Source of the DNA: Tagaea sp.
GTDB lineage: Bacteria > Pseudomonadota > Alphaproteobacteria > CACIAM-22H2
Assembly: GCA_965279525.1 (NCBI GenBank)
Contig: CBDIIB010000003.1
Location: 288,001-352,000, forward strand
Direction: 5' to 3'
Length of the DNA stretch: 64,000 nt
Made by a program: the position numbers and the translations under genes
In this document: positions 31,563 through 41,057 of the stretch, in pieces
Position numbering within the stretch: the stretch's first letter is position 1
How the letters are laid out: each line of letters starts with the position of its first letter
The notes under the pieces: generated by a model
Told to the model about the DNA's origin: nothing
Databases searched by the model: none
What the model saw: only the letters and a program-made list of their open reading frames with translations

Positions 31563-32534
31563 ATGAATATCTGCATGGTCGGGTACGGGATGATGGGCGT
31601 GTGGCACTCCGAGGCGCTGATCGCCGCCGGGGCCACGCTGCACACGGTGGTTGGCCGGCGCATCGAGGCGGCCGAAGAGTTCGCCAAGCGTTTCGGCTAC
31701 CGCAAATGGACCGTCTCGCTCGAAGCGGCCCTTGCCGATCCCGAGATCGACATCGTCATCATCGGCAGCCCGAGCGAGCAGCACGAGACGCAGGCGATCA
31801 AGTCGCTGGAGGCGGGCAAGCACACGCTGATCGAGATCCCGATCGCCCTCAGCCTCGCCGGTGCCGAGCGCGTGATCGCGGCCGGCAAGCGCAGCGGCAA
31901 GATCTTCGGCCTGTGCCATCCCATGCGCTACCGGCACGAGCGCGAGGCGCTGCGCAGCCGCATTGCGGCAGGCGAGGAGAAGATCCGCCATATCGCCGGG
32001 CGCTTCTTCATCAAGCGGCTCGTGAATATCGGGGCCACCGGCTACAAGCGCAGCTGGATCGACAACATCCTGTGGCACCATTTCTGCCACTTCGTCGATC
32101 TCGGCATGTACCTGTTCGACGGCGCGCCGATCCGCCGCATCCAGAGCCACATGGGCGCCCTGCACCCGACAACCGGCATCCCGATGGAATGCACGGTGCT
32201 GGTCGAGACCGAGGCCGACCAGACGATGCTGGTCCACGGCTCGTACCACGCGACGTTCCGGCTCTACGACAAGCTGATCGTCACCGACAAGGAGACGTAC
32301 AATTACGACATCCTGGCCGGCACGCTGAAGACCGAGGCGGGCTCCGTGCCCATCGAGGCCGAGCAGAAGAACTGCGCGCGGGTCATCGTCGATTTCCTCG
32401 CCGCCGTGCGCGAGGGGCGTCCGCCCGTCACCCACGGCCCGACCGTGCTGCCGGCCATGCGCGTGCTGCAGGCCGTGCAGGACGAGTGGGACAAGCGCTA
32501 CGGCGTGCAGGCGATCCCGGGCCGGCCGCTCTGA
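31563..32534 (+). CDS. Gfo/Idh/MocA family oxidoreductase (LigC-like EIP subgroup)
   Basis: MVGYGMMG, GKHTLIEIP and RSWIDNILWHHFCHFVD; GGGAGG RBS. Confidence 0.85.
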   Translation: MNICMVGYGMMGVWHSEALIAAGATLHTVVGRRIEAAEEFAKRFGYRKWTVSLEAALADPEIDIVIIGSPSEQHETQAIKSLEAGKHTLIEIPIALSLAGAERVIAAGKRSGKIFGLCHPMRYRHEREALRSRIAAGEEKIRHIAGRFFIKRLVNIGATGYKRSWIDNILWHHFCHFVDLGMYLFDGAPIRRIQSHMGALHPTTGIPMECTVLVETEADQTMLVHGSYHATFRLYDKLIVTDKETYNYDILAGTLKTEAGSVPIEAEQKNCARVIVDFLAAVREGRPPVTHGPTVLPAMRVLQAVQDEWDKRYGVQAIPGRPL

Positions 32535-33131
32535 CTAGACCAGCCGGCTCCACATGCCGGTGTTGAGGTCGACGGGGACGAGCAGGCGGAATTTGTCCTT
32601 CTCGCCCTTTTCCGGCAGCAGCAGCCCGTTGCCGGGACCGCCGCGGAAATACGAGGCGACCTGGTCTTGCGTGGCACCGAGGCCCGCGACGTAGCTTTCC
32701 GCCGTCACCGAGATCGACGTCTTCTGGTAGCTGAACGAGAAGCTGCCGTCGGCACCGGCCGTGAAACTCATCCGCTCGATCTCGAGCGAGAAGGTGAATT
32801 TCTGTCCGGCGACGAGGCTCTGCGGCACGCGGATCGCGTCGGGGCCTTGCGTGTCGAGATCCTTGAAGATCCGCTGCGACAGGTTTTTTGCCATCCAGGA
32901 AAGCTGGTTCGTGCTGGCGCCGAAATCGGTGAGCATCTTGATCGTGCGCGCCGACGCCTCGTTGGCGGCCTGCCGCAGGCGGCGGCCATAAAGCTGCGCG
33001 TCGAACTGGCTGCGTTCGAGCCGGTCGATGACTTCGCGCATCTTCGCGAGATGTTCGTTGTCCAGCGCCGTCTTGACGGACGCGGACGGATTCATGGATA
33101 GCCCGGCTGTGCCGGAAAATGGGCCGATCAT
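32535..33131 (-). CDS. Hypothetical protein (198 aa)
   Basis: GC3-biased codons; GGAGA RBS before MIGPFSG; no family recognised. Confidence 0.65.
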   Translation of the reverse strand: MIGPFSGTAGLSMNPSASVKTALDNEHLAKMREVIDRLERSQFDAQLYGRRLRQAANEASARTIKMLTDFGASTNQLSWMAKNLSQRIFKDLDTQGPDAIRVPQSLVAGQKFTFSLEIERMSFTAGADGSFSFSYQKTSISVTAESYVAGLGATQDQVASYFRGGPGNGLLLPEKGEKDKFRLLVPVDLNTGMWSRLV

Positions 33132-33347
33132 CGCGGTTCTCCGCAGGGTTTCGGGCCGGCAGTTCTGTCCGCCCCGGGTTAATTTAAGAATTGAGTATAG
33201 CACGGAAGGCGGCGGGCTCGTCGAAGGATATGATTGCAAAGTTACCTATAATAGGCTATATATCGTAAATCTTGCTGGAGAGCTGCCCGATGCCGTCCTC
33301 GACCGTCCTACATGAGACACGGAAAATACCGGTCGCCTGTCACCTTC

Positions 33348-33372
33348 TTGGAGTTTTATTTATAAACTCCAA
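33348..33372. promoter_or_regulatory. Inverted repeat TTGGAGTTT-N7-AAACTCCAA
   Basis: Perfect 9-bp arms in an AT-rich intergenic region. Confidence 0.5.
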
Positions 33373-33386
33373 TGAGTTGATCAGGT

Positions 33387-33429
33387 GACGGTCAAGAGAC
33401 GGTCAAGCGACCGTCAACTGCCGTCAACT
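33387..33429. repeat. Four ~11-bp tandem units (GACGGTCAAG-like) that also form an interrupted hairpin
   Basis: GACGGTCAAGA GACGGTCAAGC GACCGTCAACT GCCGTCAACT; GACGGTC and GACCGTC are reverse complements. Confidence 0.6.
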
Positions 33430-33447
33430 AAGCTTTGCGGCAGGAAA

Positions 33448-34431
33448 TCAGCCCCAGAGGGCGGCGGCCGGCGGGCTCACGGTGCTGCCGTCGAAGGCAA
33501 GGCCCGGCACGCGGTCGCGGTCGAGCAGCAGCGGCCCGTCGATGTCGGTCCACGCGCAGCCTTGCGCCACCAGATGGGCCGGCGCCATGCCCAGCGACGT
33601 GCCGACCATGCAGCCGACCATGATCTTGAAGCCCGCGACCATCGCCGCGTTGCGCAGCGCAAGCGCCTCGGTGAGGCCGCCGGTCTTGTCGAGCTTGATG
33701 TTCACCGCCTCGTAGCGGCCGGCGAGATGGGGCAGGGAATGGCGGTCGTGGCAGCTTTCGTCCGCGCACAGCGCCACCGGATGCGAAAGCCCCACGAGGG
33801 CCGCGTCGCGCTCGGCGTGCAGCGGCTGCTCGATGAGGTCGACGCCGAGCTTGCCCAGTGCCGGCGCATAGCGCGCGAAGGCGCCGATGTCCCACGCCTC
33901 GTTGGCATCGACGACGAGGCGCGAATTGGGCGCGGCCTTGCGCACCGCCGCCACGCGTTCGAGATCGCCTTCGCCGGTGAGCTTTACTTTCAGGAGCGGC
34001 CTTGCGCGCGCGGCCTCGGCCGCCAGCGCCATGTTGGCCGGCGTGTCGACCGACAGCGTGAAGGCGGTCACGACTGCCTTGGGTTCCGGCAGGCCCGCAA
34101 GCTGCCACACGCGCTTGCCGGCGCGCTTGGCCTCCAGGTCCCACAACGCGCAGTCGAGCGCGTTGCGCGCGGCACCCGCAGGCAGTGCGGTGCCAAGCTC
34201 GGCGCGCGTGCAGCCGCGTTCGATCAGCGCGCGGGCACCTTCGATCTGCGCCATCACGCTTTCCACGCTCTCGCCATAGCGCGCGTAGGGCACGCATTCG
34301 CCGGCACCGGCAGCGCCATCGTGCGTGATGCGCGCGACGACGACGACCGCTTCGGTGCGCGAGCCGCGCGAAATGCGGAACGTGCCGCGGATCGGCCAGA
34401 CTTCGCGCGCGACGGCGAGCGTGCGGGTCAC
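33448..34431 (-). CDS. dgcA: N-acetyl-D-Glu racemase DgcA / dipeptide epimerase (enolase superfamily)
   Basis: F.ISRGSRT, GECVPYARYGE, KVKL, DANEAW, EQP, DES, KLDKTGG, GCM and DIDGPLLL; GTGA coupling to dgcN. Confidence 0.82.
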   Translation of the reverse strand: MTRTLAVAREVWPIRGTFRISRGSRTEAVVVVARITHDGAAGAGECVPYARYGESVESVMAQIEGARALIERGCTRAELGTALPAGAARNALDCALWDLEAKRAGKRVWQLAGLPEPKAVVTAFTLSVDTPANMALAAEAARARPLLKVKLTGEGDLERVAAVRKAAPNSRLVVDANEAWDIGAFARYAPALGKLGVDLIEQPLHAERDAALVGLSHPVALCADESCHDRHSLPHLAGRYEAVNIKLDKTGGLTEALALRNAAMVAGFKIMVGCMVGTSLGMAPAHLVAQGCAWTDIDGPLLLDRDRVPGLAFDGSTVSPPAAALWG

Positions 34432-35435
34432 TTGATCTTCGCCAGCTTCTTGACGAGCGGGGCCACGCCCGTGCGGCTGGGATCGCACACCGGCATGCCG
34501 AGCCGGTCGGCGAGCGACTTCAGCGCGCGCTCGGCGGCCTTGGCCGTCATCTTCGACGTGTTGAGGCTGACGCCCACGCACTTGACCTTGGGGTTCGTGA
34601 GCCGCGCATGCTGAAGGTTGAGCGCGATGCAGTCCTCGATCTTCGGCAGCTTGTAATGCGGCAGGCCGCGCATGTGCGGGCGGCCCATCTCGTGGCACAT
34701 CACGAGCGCATCGGCCTGGGCACCGTGGATCAGCGCCAGCGTCACGCCGGCATAGCTTGCGTGGAACAGCGAGCCCTGGCCCTCGATCACGTCCCAATGG
34801 TCGGGCGCGTTGGCGGGCGACAGCGTTTCGACGGCACCCGCGACGAAATCCGACACGATCGCGTCGATCGACCAGCCGGACCCGGCGATCAGGATGCCGG
34901 TCTGGCCAGTGGCGCGGAACGTCGCCTTCAGGCCCTGCGCCTTCATCTCTTTTTCAAGCGCCAGCGACGTGTACATCTTGCCGATCGAGCAGTCGGTGCC
35001 GACGGTCAGCACGCGCTTGCCCGCGCGCTTTGCCCCCGTCGCGATCGGGAATTCGCGGTCGGGATGGCGCACGTCGAACAGCGTGCGGCCGTACTTCTTC
35101 GCCGCCGCCGCGATTTCCGGAACGTCGGCCAGCTTGTTGTGCAGGCCGCTGGCGAGATCCATGCCGGCGGCAAGCGCCCCGATCAGCGCATCGCCCCACG
35201 CCTTGGAAATCACGCCGCCGCGATTGACCACGCCGACGATCATCGTTTTGGCGCCTGCGCGCGCCGCGGCGGCCACGTCCATGTCGGGGAAACCCGCGGT
35301 GGTCTTGCAGCCGGGCAGGCGCAGCTGGCCGATGCATTTCTCCGGGCGCCACTGGCCCACGCCGATCGAGGTCTTGGCCGCGAGCGCGTCGGATGCCTCG
35401 CCGAGGAAAAGCAGGTAAGGGGCCTTGATCTGCAC
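34428..35435 (-). CDS. dgcN: D-Glu N-acetyltransferase DgcN (DUF1611 family)
   Basis: PYLLFLG..D.LAAKT, LTVGTDCSIGKMYT, FRATGQTGI and EGQGSL; GGGAG RBS before the GTG start. Confidence 0.85.
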   Translation of the reverse strand: MQIKAPYLLFLGEASDALAAKTSIGVGQWRPEKCIGQLRLPGCKTTAGFPDMDVAAAARAGAKTMIVGVVNRGGVISKAWGDALIGALAAGMDLASGLHNKLADVPEIAAAAKKYGRTLFDVRHPDREFPIATGAKRAGKRVLTVGTDCSIGKMYTSLALEKEMKAQGLKATFRATGQTGILIAGSGWSIDAIVSDFVAGAVETLSPANAPDHWDVIEGQGSLFHASYAGVTLALIHGAQADALVMCHEMGRPHMRGLPHYKLPKIEDCIALNLQHARLTNPKVKCVGVSLNTSKMTAKAAERALKSLADRLGMPVCDPSRTGVAPLVKKLAKIK

Positions 35436-35509
35436 GTGTCGTGCTCCCGGGTTGTTGCGCGATGCCTTGGTCCGCATGCTAGGGTTTCCGCCAATCCGGG
35501 GGAAGCCTG

Positions 35510-36967
35510 ATGCGCTGCGAGACCATACTTTCCGGCGGCCTTGTCGTCGACGGCACGGGAGCGGCCCCGTCGCGCGGCGATGTCGGCATTTCCGGCGGTC
35601 GCATCGTGGCGGTCGGCGACCTTGCGAAGGCCGAAGCGGGCAGCCGCATCGACTGCGCGGGGCGCGTCGTCGCCCCCGGTTTCATCGACGCGCACACGCA
35701 CGACGACGCGGCCCTGCTCGAATTCCCCGACATGCCGATGAAGACGAGCCAGGGTGTCACCACCGTCGTCGCGGGGAACTGCGGCGTGTCGGTCGCCCCC
35801 GTCGATCTGCCGGGCGATCCGCCGCCGCCGCTCGACCTGCTGGGCAGCCGCGCCACCTACCGCTTCCCGCGCTTCGCCGACTGGCGCAAGGCGCTGTCGG
35901 ATGCACCTGCGGCCGTCAATTCGATCGGCATGGTCGGCCACTCGGCCCTGCGCGTGCAGGTCATGTCCGACCTGCGCCGGCCGGCCGACGCGAAGGAAGA
36001 AGCGAAGATGGCCCGGCTCGTCGAAGGGGCGATGGCGGATGGTGCGCTCGGGCTGTCGACCGGCCTCTACTACGAGCCGGCACGCTTCGCGCCCACGCGC
36101 GAACTCACGGCGCTCGCGAAGGTCGCCGGTGCGGCCGGCGGCATCTACGCCACGCACCTACGCAACGAAGGCGAGTTCCTCGAAGAGTCGATCGAGGAGG
36201 CGCTGACGATCGGGCGCGAGGCGCATCTGCCGGTCGTGCTGTCGCACCACAAGGCGGCGGGCGTGCCCAATCACGGCAAGACCGCGCGCACGATCCCCCT
36301 GATCGAAGCCGCGCGGGCGAACCAGCGCATCGCGCTCGACGTCTATCCCTATGTCGCCTCGTCGACGGTGCTGAACGCCGAACGCCTCGCTGCGGCGACG
36401 AAGGTGCTCATCACCTGGTCGAAGGCAATCCCGACGGCGCAGGGCCGCGATCTGGCCGAACTCGCGGCCGAGCACGGGCTCGACATCACCGCGATGGCCG
36501 CCAAGCTCCAGCCGGCCGGCGCCATCTATTTCGCGATGTCGGAAGACGACGTGCGCCGCGTGCTGTCGTGGCCCGAGGCGATGATCGGCTCGGACGGCCT
36601 GCCGCACGACGCCCACCCGCACCCGCGCCTGTGGGGCACGTTCCCGCGCGTGCTGGGGCACTATTCGCGCGACCTCAAGCTCTTCCCGCTGGAAGAGGCG
36701 GTCCGCCGGATGACCTCGCTGCCGGCAAAACGCTTCGGGCTGGCGGGGCGGGGGACCTTGCGCGCCGGGGCGGCGGCCGACATCGCGGTCTTCGACGCCG
36801 GCACCGTGCTCGACCGGGCGACCTTCGCCGAGCCGGCGCGCGCGGCCGTCGGCATCGATCGGGTGTTCGTCAACGGGGCCTGCGTGTGGGAAGATGGCGC
36901 ACCCACGGGCCGGCGGCCGGGCAAGTGCCTCGCCCTCGATGCCGGGGCGCTCGACTATGCAAGCTGA
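35510..36967 (+). CDS. N-acyl-D-amino-acid deacylase (D-aminoacylase family amidohydrolase)
   Basis: PGFIDAHTHDD, QGVTTVVAGNCG, THLRNE, SHHK, GSDG.P...HPHPRLWGTFPRVLG. Confidence 0.92.
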   Translation: MRCETILSGGLVVDGTGAAPSRGDVGISGGRIVAVGDLAKAEAGSRIDCAGRVVAPGFIDAHTHDDAALLEFPDMPMKTSQGVTTVVAGNCGVSVAPVDLPGDPPPPLDLLGSRATYRFPRFADWRKALSDAPAAVNSIGMVGHSALRVQVMSDLRRPADAKEEAKMARLVEGAMADGALGLSTGLYYEPARFAPTRELTALAKVAGAAGGIYATHLRNEGEFLEESIEEALTIGREAHLPVVLSHHKAAGVPNHGKTARTIPLIEAARANQRIALDVYPYVASSTVLNAERLAAATKVLITWSKAIPTAQGRDLAELAAEHGLDITAMAAKLQPAGAIYFAMSEDDVRRVLSWPEAMIGSDGLPHDAHPHPRLWGTFPRVLGHYSRDLKLFPLEEAVRRMTSLPAKRFGLAGRGTLRAGAAADIAVFDAGTVLDRATFAEPARAAVGIDRVFVNGACVWEDGAPTGRRPGKCLALDAGALDYAS

Positions 36968-36986
36968 ACCCGGGGGGACGACACGC

Positions 36987-38540
36987 ATGCGGACGATGGC
37001 GAAACGGGCGATCTTAGCGGGACTGCTGGCGTTCGCCGCCCCGGTCCACGCGCAGGACCTGACGCTCGGCACCAAGCTCGAGCTCAACACGCTCGATCCG
37101 CATTTCTTCAACGGCTTCCCGCCGGCGTCGAGCCACGCCTATATCTGGGAAAGTCTGGTCTATCTCGATTCCAAGCTCGCCCCGCAGCCGGGCCTCGCGA
37201 CCGCGTGGCGCAATGTCGACGACACGACGTGGGAGTTCGACCTGCGCCGCGGCGTCGAGTTCCACGACGGCACGCCGTTCGGCGCCGACGACGTGATCGC
37301 CACGCTGCTGCGCATCCCCACCGTGCCCAACAGCCCGGCGAGCTTCTCCACCTTCACGCGCTCGATCGTCGAGACGACCAAGATCGACGACCACAAGCTG
37401 CGCTTCCGCACGCGCGAACCCAACCCGACGCTGCCGCAGGAACTGGCGCGCGTGTTCGTCATCAAGCGCGAGCATGCCGGCGGCACGACGGCGGAGTTCA
37501 ATTCGGGCCGGCTCGCCGTCGGGACCGGTCCCTACCGCCATGTCGAATGGTCGAACGGCGAGCGGCTCGTCGTCGCGCGCAACGAGCGCTACTGGGGGCC
37601 GAAGCCGGCGTGGGCGAAGGTCACCGAGCGCGTCATCGCGTCGGACGCCGCGCGCGTGGCCGCATTGCTGTCGGGTGCCGTCGACGCGATCGACCTGCCG
37701 CCCATTGCCGACCAGCCGCGCATCAAAGGCGACAAGCGGTTCACGCTTTCCAGCGGGCCCGCCGCCGTCGTCCACTACATCGCGATGGACAGCGTGCGCG
37801 ATACGTCGCCCTTCGCCAGTTCGGCCGCGGGCGGCAATCCGCTGCGCGACCGGCGCGTGCGCAAGGCGCTGTCGCATGCCCTCGACCGCAACGCGATCTG
37901 TTCGCGCCTGATGGAGGGCACCTGCGTGCCCGCCAGCCAGTTCCTGCCGGCAAGTTTCGCTGGCACCAGCCAGAAGCTGAAGGCCGACGCGTTCGACGCC
38001 AACCGCGCGCGCGCCCTGCTGAAGGAAGCGGGCGTGACGGGCATGAAGCTGACGCTGCATGCCACCAACGACCGCTACCCCAAGGACCGCGATATCGCGC
38101 AGGCAGTGGCGCAGATGTGGACGCGCGTGGGCATCGAGACGGCGATCGAGGGCGTGCCGGGTGCGGTCTTCTTCGGCCAGGCCAGCCGGCAGGCCTATTC
38201 GGCCTTCATCGCCCAGTACGGCACCGACGAAGCGCTGCAGCCGCTGCGCGCCCTCGTCGCGACCTACGACGCCGACAAGGGCTACGGTTCGGCCAACCGC
38301 ACGCGCTTCACCAACCCGGCCTTCGACGCGATGCTGACGCGTGCGGCCACCACGATGGATCTGGCGCGCCGCGCCGCCCTGCTGGCGGAATCGGTCGAGG
38401 CGGCGATGGCCGAGCAGGCGGTCATCCCGGTCTTCTTCCCGACCTTCGATTTCGCGGCGAAGGCCAACCTCGCCGTCACGCCGCGCCCCGACCGGCGCTT
38501 CAACGCGATGATGATCGCGGCAAGGCGGGCTTCGCCATGA
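36987..38540 (+). CDS. ABC transporter substrate-binding protein, family 5 (no adjacent permease)
   Basis: Sec signal ending VHA-Q, LDPHF, LRRGVEFHDGTPF, GTGPY and NDRY. Confidence 0.9.
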   Translation: MRTMAKRAILAGLLAFAAPVHAQDLTLGTKLELNTLDPHFFNGFPPASSHAYIWESLVYLDSKLAPQPGLATAWRNVDDTTWEFDLRRGVEFHDGTPFGADDVIATLLRIPTVPNSPASFSTFTRSIVETTKIDDHKLRFRTREPNPTLPQELARVFVIKREHAGGTTAEFNSGRLAVGTGPYRHVEWSNGERLVVARNERYWGPKPAWAKVTERVIASDAARVAALLSGAVDAIDLPPIADQPRIKGDKRFTLSSGPAAVVHYIAMDSVRDTSPFASSAAGGNPLRDRRVRKALSHALDRNAICSRLMEGTCVPASQFLPASFAGTSQKLKADAFDANRARALLKEAGVTGMKLTLHATNDRYPKDRDIAQAVAQMWTRVGIETAIEGVPGAVFFGQASRQAYSAFIAQYGTDEALQPLRALVATYDADKGYGSANRTRFTNPAFDAMLTRAATTMDLARRAALLAESVEAAMAEQAVIPVFFPTFDFAAKANLAVTPRPDRRFNAMMIAARRASP

Positions 38541-39163
38541 CCGACCTGCCGCCCCATGCGTCCATCGCGCGCGTGCGTGCCTTCCTCGACGACATCGAGG
38601 CGACGGACGTGGACAAGGCGCGCGAACACGTGGCGCGCAACGCGCGCTTCGTGTTCCCGGGCGGCACCGAGACCTCCTCGCTCGACGACATCGTGCGGTT
38701 CCTCGGCCAGCGCTATCGCACGGTCACCAAGCGCTACGAGCGGTTCGACCGCATCGAGATGGACGGCGACGACATCGTCTTCTGCACCGGCACGCTGTCG
38801 GGGGCGTGGGAGGACGGCGTGCCGTTCGACGGCGTGCGCTTCGTCGACCGCTTCGTGCTGCGCGCCGACCGCATCATCCTGCACGAGGTGTGGAACGACG
38901 CGGGCGAGGCGCGCGCGCGCCGGCCCGTGGGCCCGGGCAGCGGCGGCGACCGCGCCGTGCTGGCGATGGCCTCGGAGATCGAGCGCCTGCGCGACCGGCT
39001 CGGCAAGCTCGAGCGGCTGCTCGCCGCCAAGGGCCTGCTCAGCCAGGTCGAGATCGAGGCGCACGGCATCGACGACGACGAGCGCATCCCCGACGAGGAC
39101 CCGCTGGGCCAGATGGGCGATTTCCTGGGTGCCGACGAGGACGACCTGCGCCAGCAGCGCTGA
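38537..39163 (+). CDS. NTF2/SnoaL-like protein with C-terminal coiled-coil and acidic extension
   Basis: FPGG, GTLSG.W.DG.PF.GVRFVDRF and VWND; ATGA overlap with the SBP stop. Confidence 0.72.
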   Translation: MTDLPPHASIARVRAFLDDIEATDVDKAREHVARNARFVFPGGTETSSLDDIVRFLGQRYRTVTKRYERFDRIEMDGDDIVFCTGTLSGAWEDGVPFDGVRFVDRFVLRADRIILHEVWNDAGEARARRPVGPGSGGDRAVLAMASEIERLRDRLGKLERLLAAKGLLSQVEIEAHGIDDDERIPDEDPLGQMGDFLGADEDDLRQQR

Positions 39164-39164
39164 T

Positions 39165-39785
39165 CTAGTAAAGACTCGAAACGATCCAGACCGCGAAGGC
39201 CGCCAGCAGCAACGCGGCCCCGCGGTTGATCGCGACCATCGCCGCGGCCCCGAGCTTCTCGCGCACGGCGACCACCAGCGTCGACAGCACGATCCACCAC
39301 AGCAGCGAGCCTGCGAACACGCCGGCGACGAGGGCCACGCCCGCATCCGTCGAACCGCCGGTATCGCCAAGGCCCAGCGCCAGGAACAGGCCGGCGAACG
39401 TCACGATGGTGGCGGGGTTGGCGAGCGTGAGTGCGAACGTCGCCGCGAACGTGCCGATCAGCGTGCGCGCGTCGACCTTGGCTTCGCGCGTCGCGGGGCC
39501 TGCGTTCCACGTCGTCCAGGCAAGCCACAGCAGGAACGCGGCCCCGCCAAGGCGGAACCACGAATTGCCGGCGATCAGGTCGCCGAGCAATGCGGCAAAG
39601 CCGAACGCGGCGAGGGCGGCATAGACCGCATCGGCAAGGGCGGTACCCAGCCCGCCCGCGAAGCCGGCGAAGAAGCCGTAGGCGATCGTGCGCCGGATGC
39701 ACAGCACGCCGATCGGCCCGACCGGGGCGGCGATGGAAAGGCCGAGCAGCACGCCCTTCAGGGCGAAGGTCCAGGTTTCGGTCAT
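39165..39785 (-). CDS. LysE family translocator
   Basis: GLSIAAPVGPIGVLCIRRT and LTLANPATI; hydrophobic throughout. Confidence 0.9.
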   Translation of the reverse strand: MTETWTFALKGVLLGLSIAAPVGPIGVLCIRRTIAYGFFAGFAGGLGTALADAVYAALAAFGFAALLGDLIAGNSWFRLGGAAFLLWLAWTTWNAGPATREAKVDARTLIGTFAATFALTLANPATIVTFAGLFLALGLGDTGGSTDAGVALVAGVFAGSLLWWIVLSTLVVAVREKLGAAAMVAINRGAALLLAAFAVWIVSSLY

Positions 39786-39867
39786 GGCGTTCGAGTCGCG
39801 ATCATCCGGCGAATATCGGCTGCGGAACGCTGGCGCGTCAAACGCCGGACGGCCTAGTCTGGCGGTC

Positions 39868-40110
39868 ATGGACGACCTGATGGACTGGATCGGCGGGCAG
39901 GGGTGGGTGGCGGTCGTCGTGGCCGTGCTCGTCGTCTATCTGTTCTCGATGGCCCGCATGGCCCGGGACGAGCCGCGCGACACCCCGCCAAAGCCCGAGA
40001 ACCTCGCCGGATTCGACGTCGAATGGTGCCATTCCTGCTCGATCTGGGTGGCCGCCAAGACCCCGTGGTGCGGCGTCAAAGGCTGCCCCCGGCCGCACCG
40101 CTCGCTCTAG
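39868..40110 (+). CDS. Small membrane protein with C-terminal 4-Cys motif
   Basis: N-terminal TM segment followed by CHSC-x10-C-x4-CP; GC3-biased codons. Confidence 0.65.
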   Translation: MDDLMDWIGGQGWVAVVVAVLVVYLFSMARMARDEPRDTPPKPENLAGFDVEWCHSCSIWVAAKTPWCGVKGCPRPHRSL

Positions 40111-40193
40111 GATTCCGTCGTTGCCGCAGGGGGGTGTGGCGGTTATGTTGCGCCGCCACAAACCCACCCCGGAACCCCCGAGTCGAAGCGCGC

Positions 40194-41057
40194 ATGAAGG
40201 GTCTCAGTTTCCAGAACCTGATCCTCAAGCTCCACGACTATTGGTCGCGGCAGGGCTGCCTGATCCTTCAGCCCTACGACATGGAGATGGGGGCCGGCAC
40301 CTTCCACCCGGCGACGACGCTGCGTGCCCTCGGCCCCAAGCCGTGGAAGGCCGCCTATGTGCAGCCCTCGCGCCGCCCGTCCGACGGGCGCTACGGCGAG
40401 AACCCGAACCGGCTGCAGCACTATTACCAGTATCAGGTGATCCTTAAGCCATCGCCGGCCGACAGCCAGGAGCTCTATCTCGGCTCCTTGCGCGAGATCG
40501 GCCTCGACCCGGCGCTGCACGACATCCGCTTCGTCGAGGACGACTGGGAAAGCCCGACGCTGGGCGCCTGGGGTCTCGGCTGGGAAGTGTGGTGCGACGG
40601 CATGGAAGTCACGCAGTACACCTATTTCCAGCAGGTCGGCGGCATCGAGTGCGACCCGGTGGCGGTCGAGTTCACCTACGGGCTCGAACGCCTCGCGATG
40701 TACATCCAGGGTGTCGAGAACGTCTACGACCTCGCCTTCAACGACGAGGGCGTCAGGTACGGCGAAGTGTTCCTGCGCGCAGAGCGCGAATTCTCGGCGC
40801 ATAATTTCGAGCACGCGAACACCAAGCTGCTGTTCGACCAGTTCGCCCAAGCCGAGACCGAGTGCCGCTCGCTGCTGGAAGCGAAGCTCGCCTTGCCGGC
40901 CTACGACCAGTGCATCAAGGCCTCGCACCGCTTCAACCTGCTCGACGCGCGCGGCGTGATCTCGGTCACCGAGCGCCAGGCCTATATCGGCCGCGTGCGC
41001 GACCTCGCCAAGGAATGCTGCAAGGCATGGCTGGCGGGCGAGGGCGCCAATGTCTGA
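40194..41057 (+). CDS. glyQ: Glycine--tRNA ligase alpha subunit
   Basis: [30 protein letters not shown] and TYGLERLAM. Confidence 0.98.
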   Translation: MKGLSFQNLILKLHDYWSRQGCLILQPYDMEMGAGTFHPATTLRALGPKPWKAAYVQPSRRPSDGRYGENPNRLQHYYQYQVILKPSPADSQELYLGSLREIGLDPALHDIRFVEDDWESPTLGAWGLGWEVWCDGMEVTQYTYFQQVGGIECDPVAVEFTYGLERLAMYIQGVENVYDLAFNDEGVRYGEVFLRAEREFSAHNFEHANTKLLFDQFAQAETECRSLLEAKLALPAYDQCIKASHRFNLLDARGVISVTERQAYIGRVRDLAKECCKAWLAGEGANV

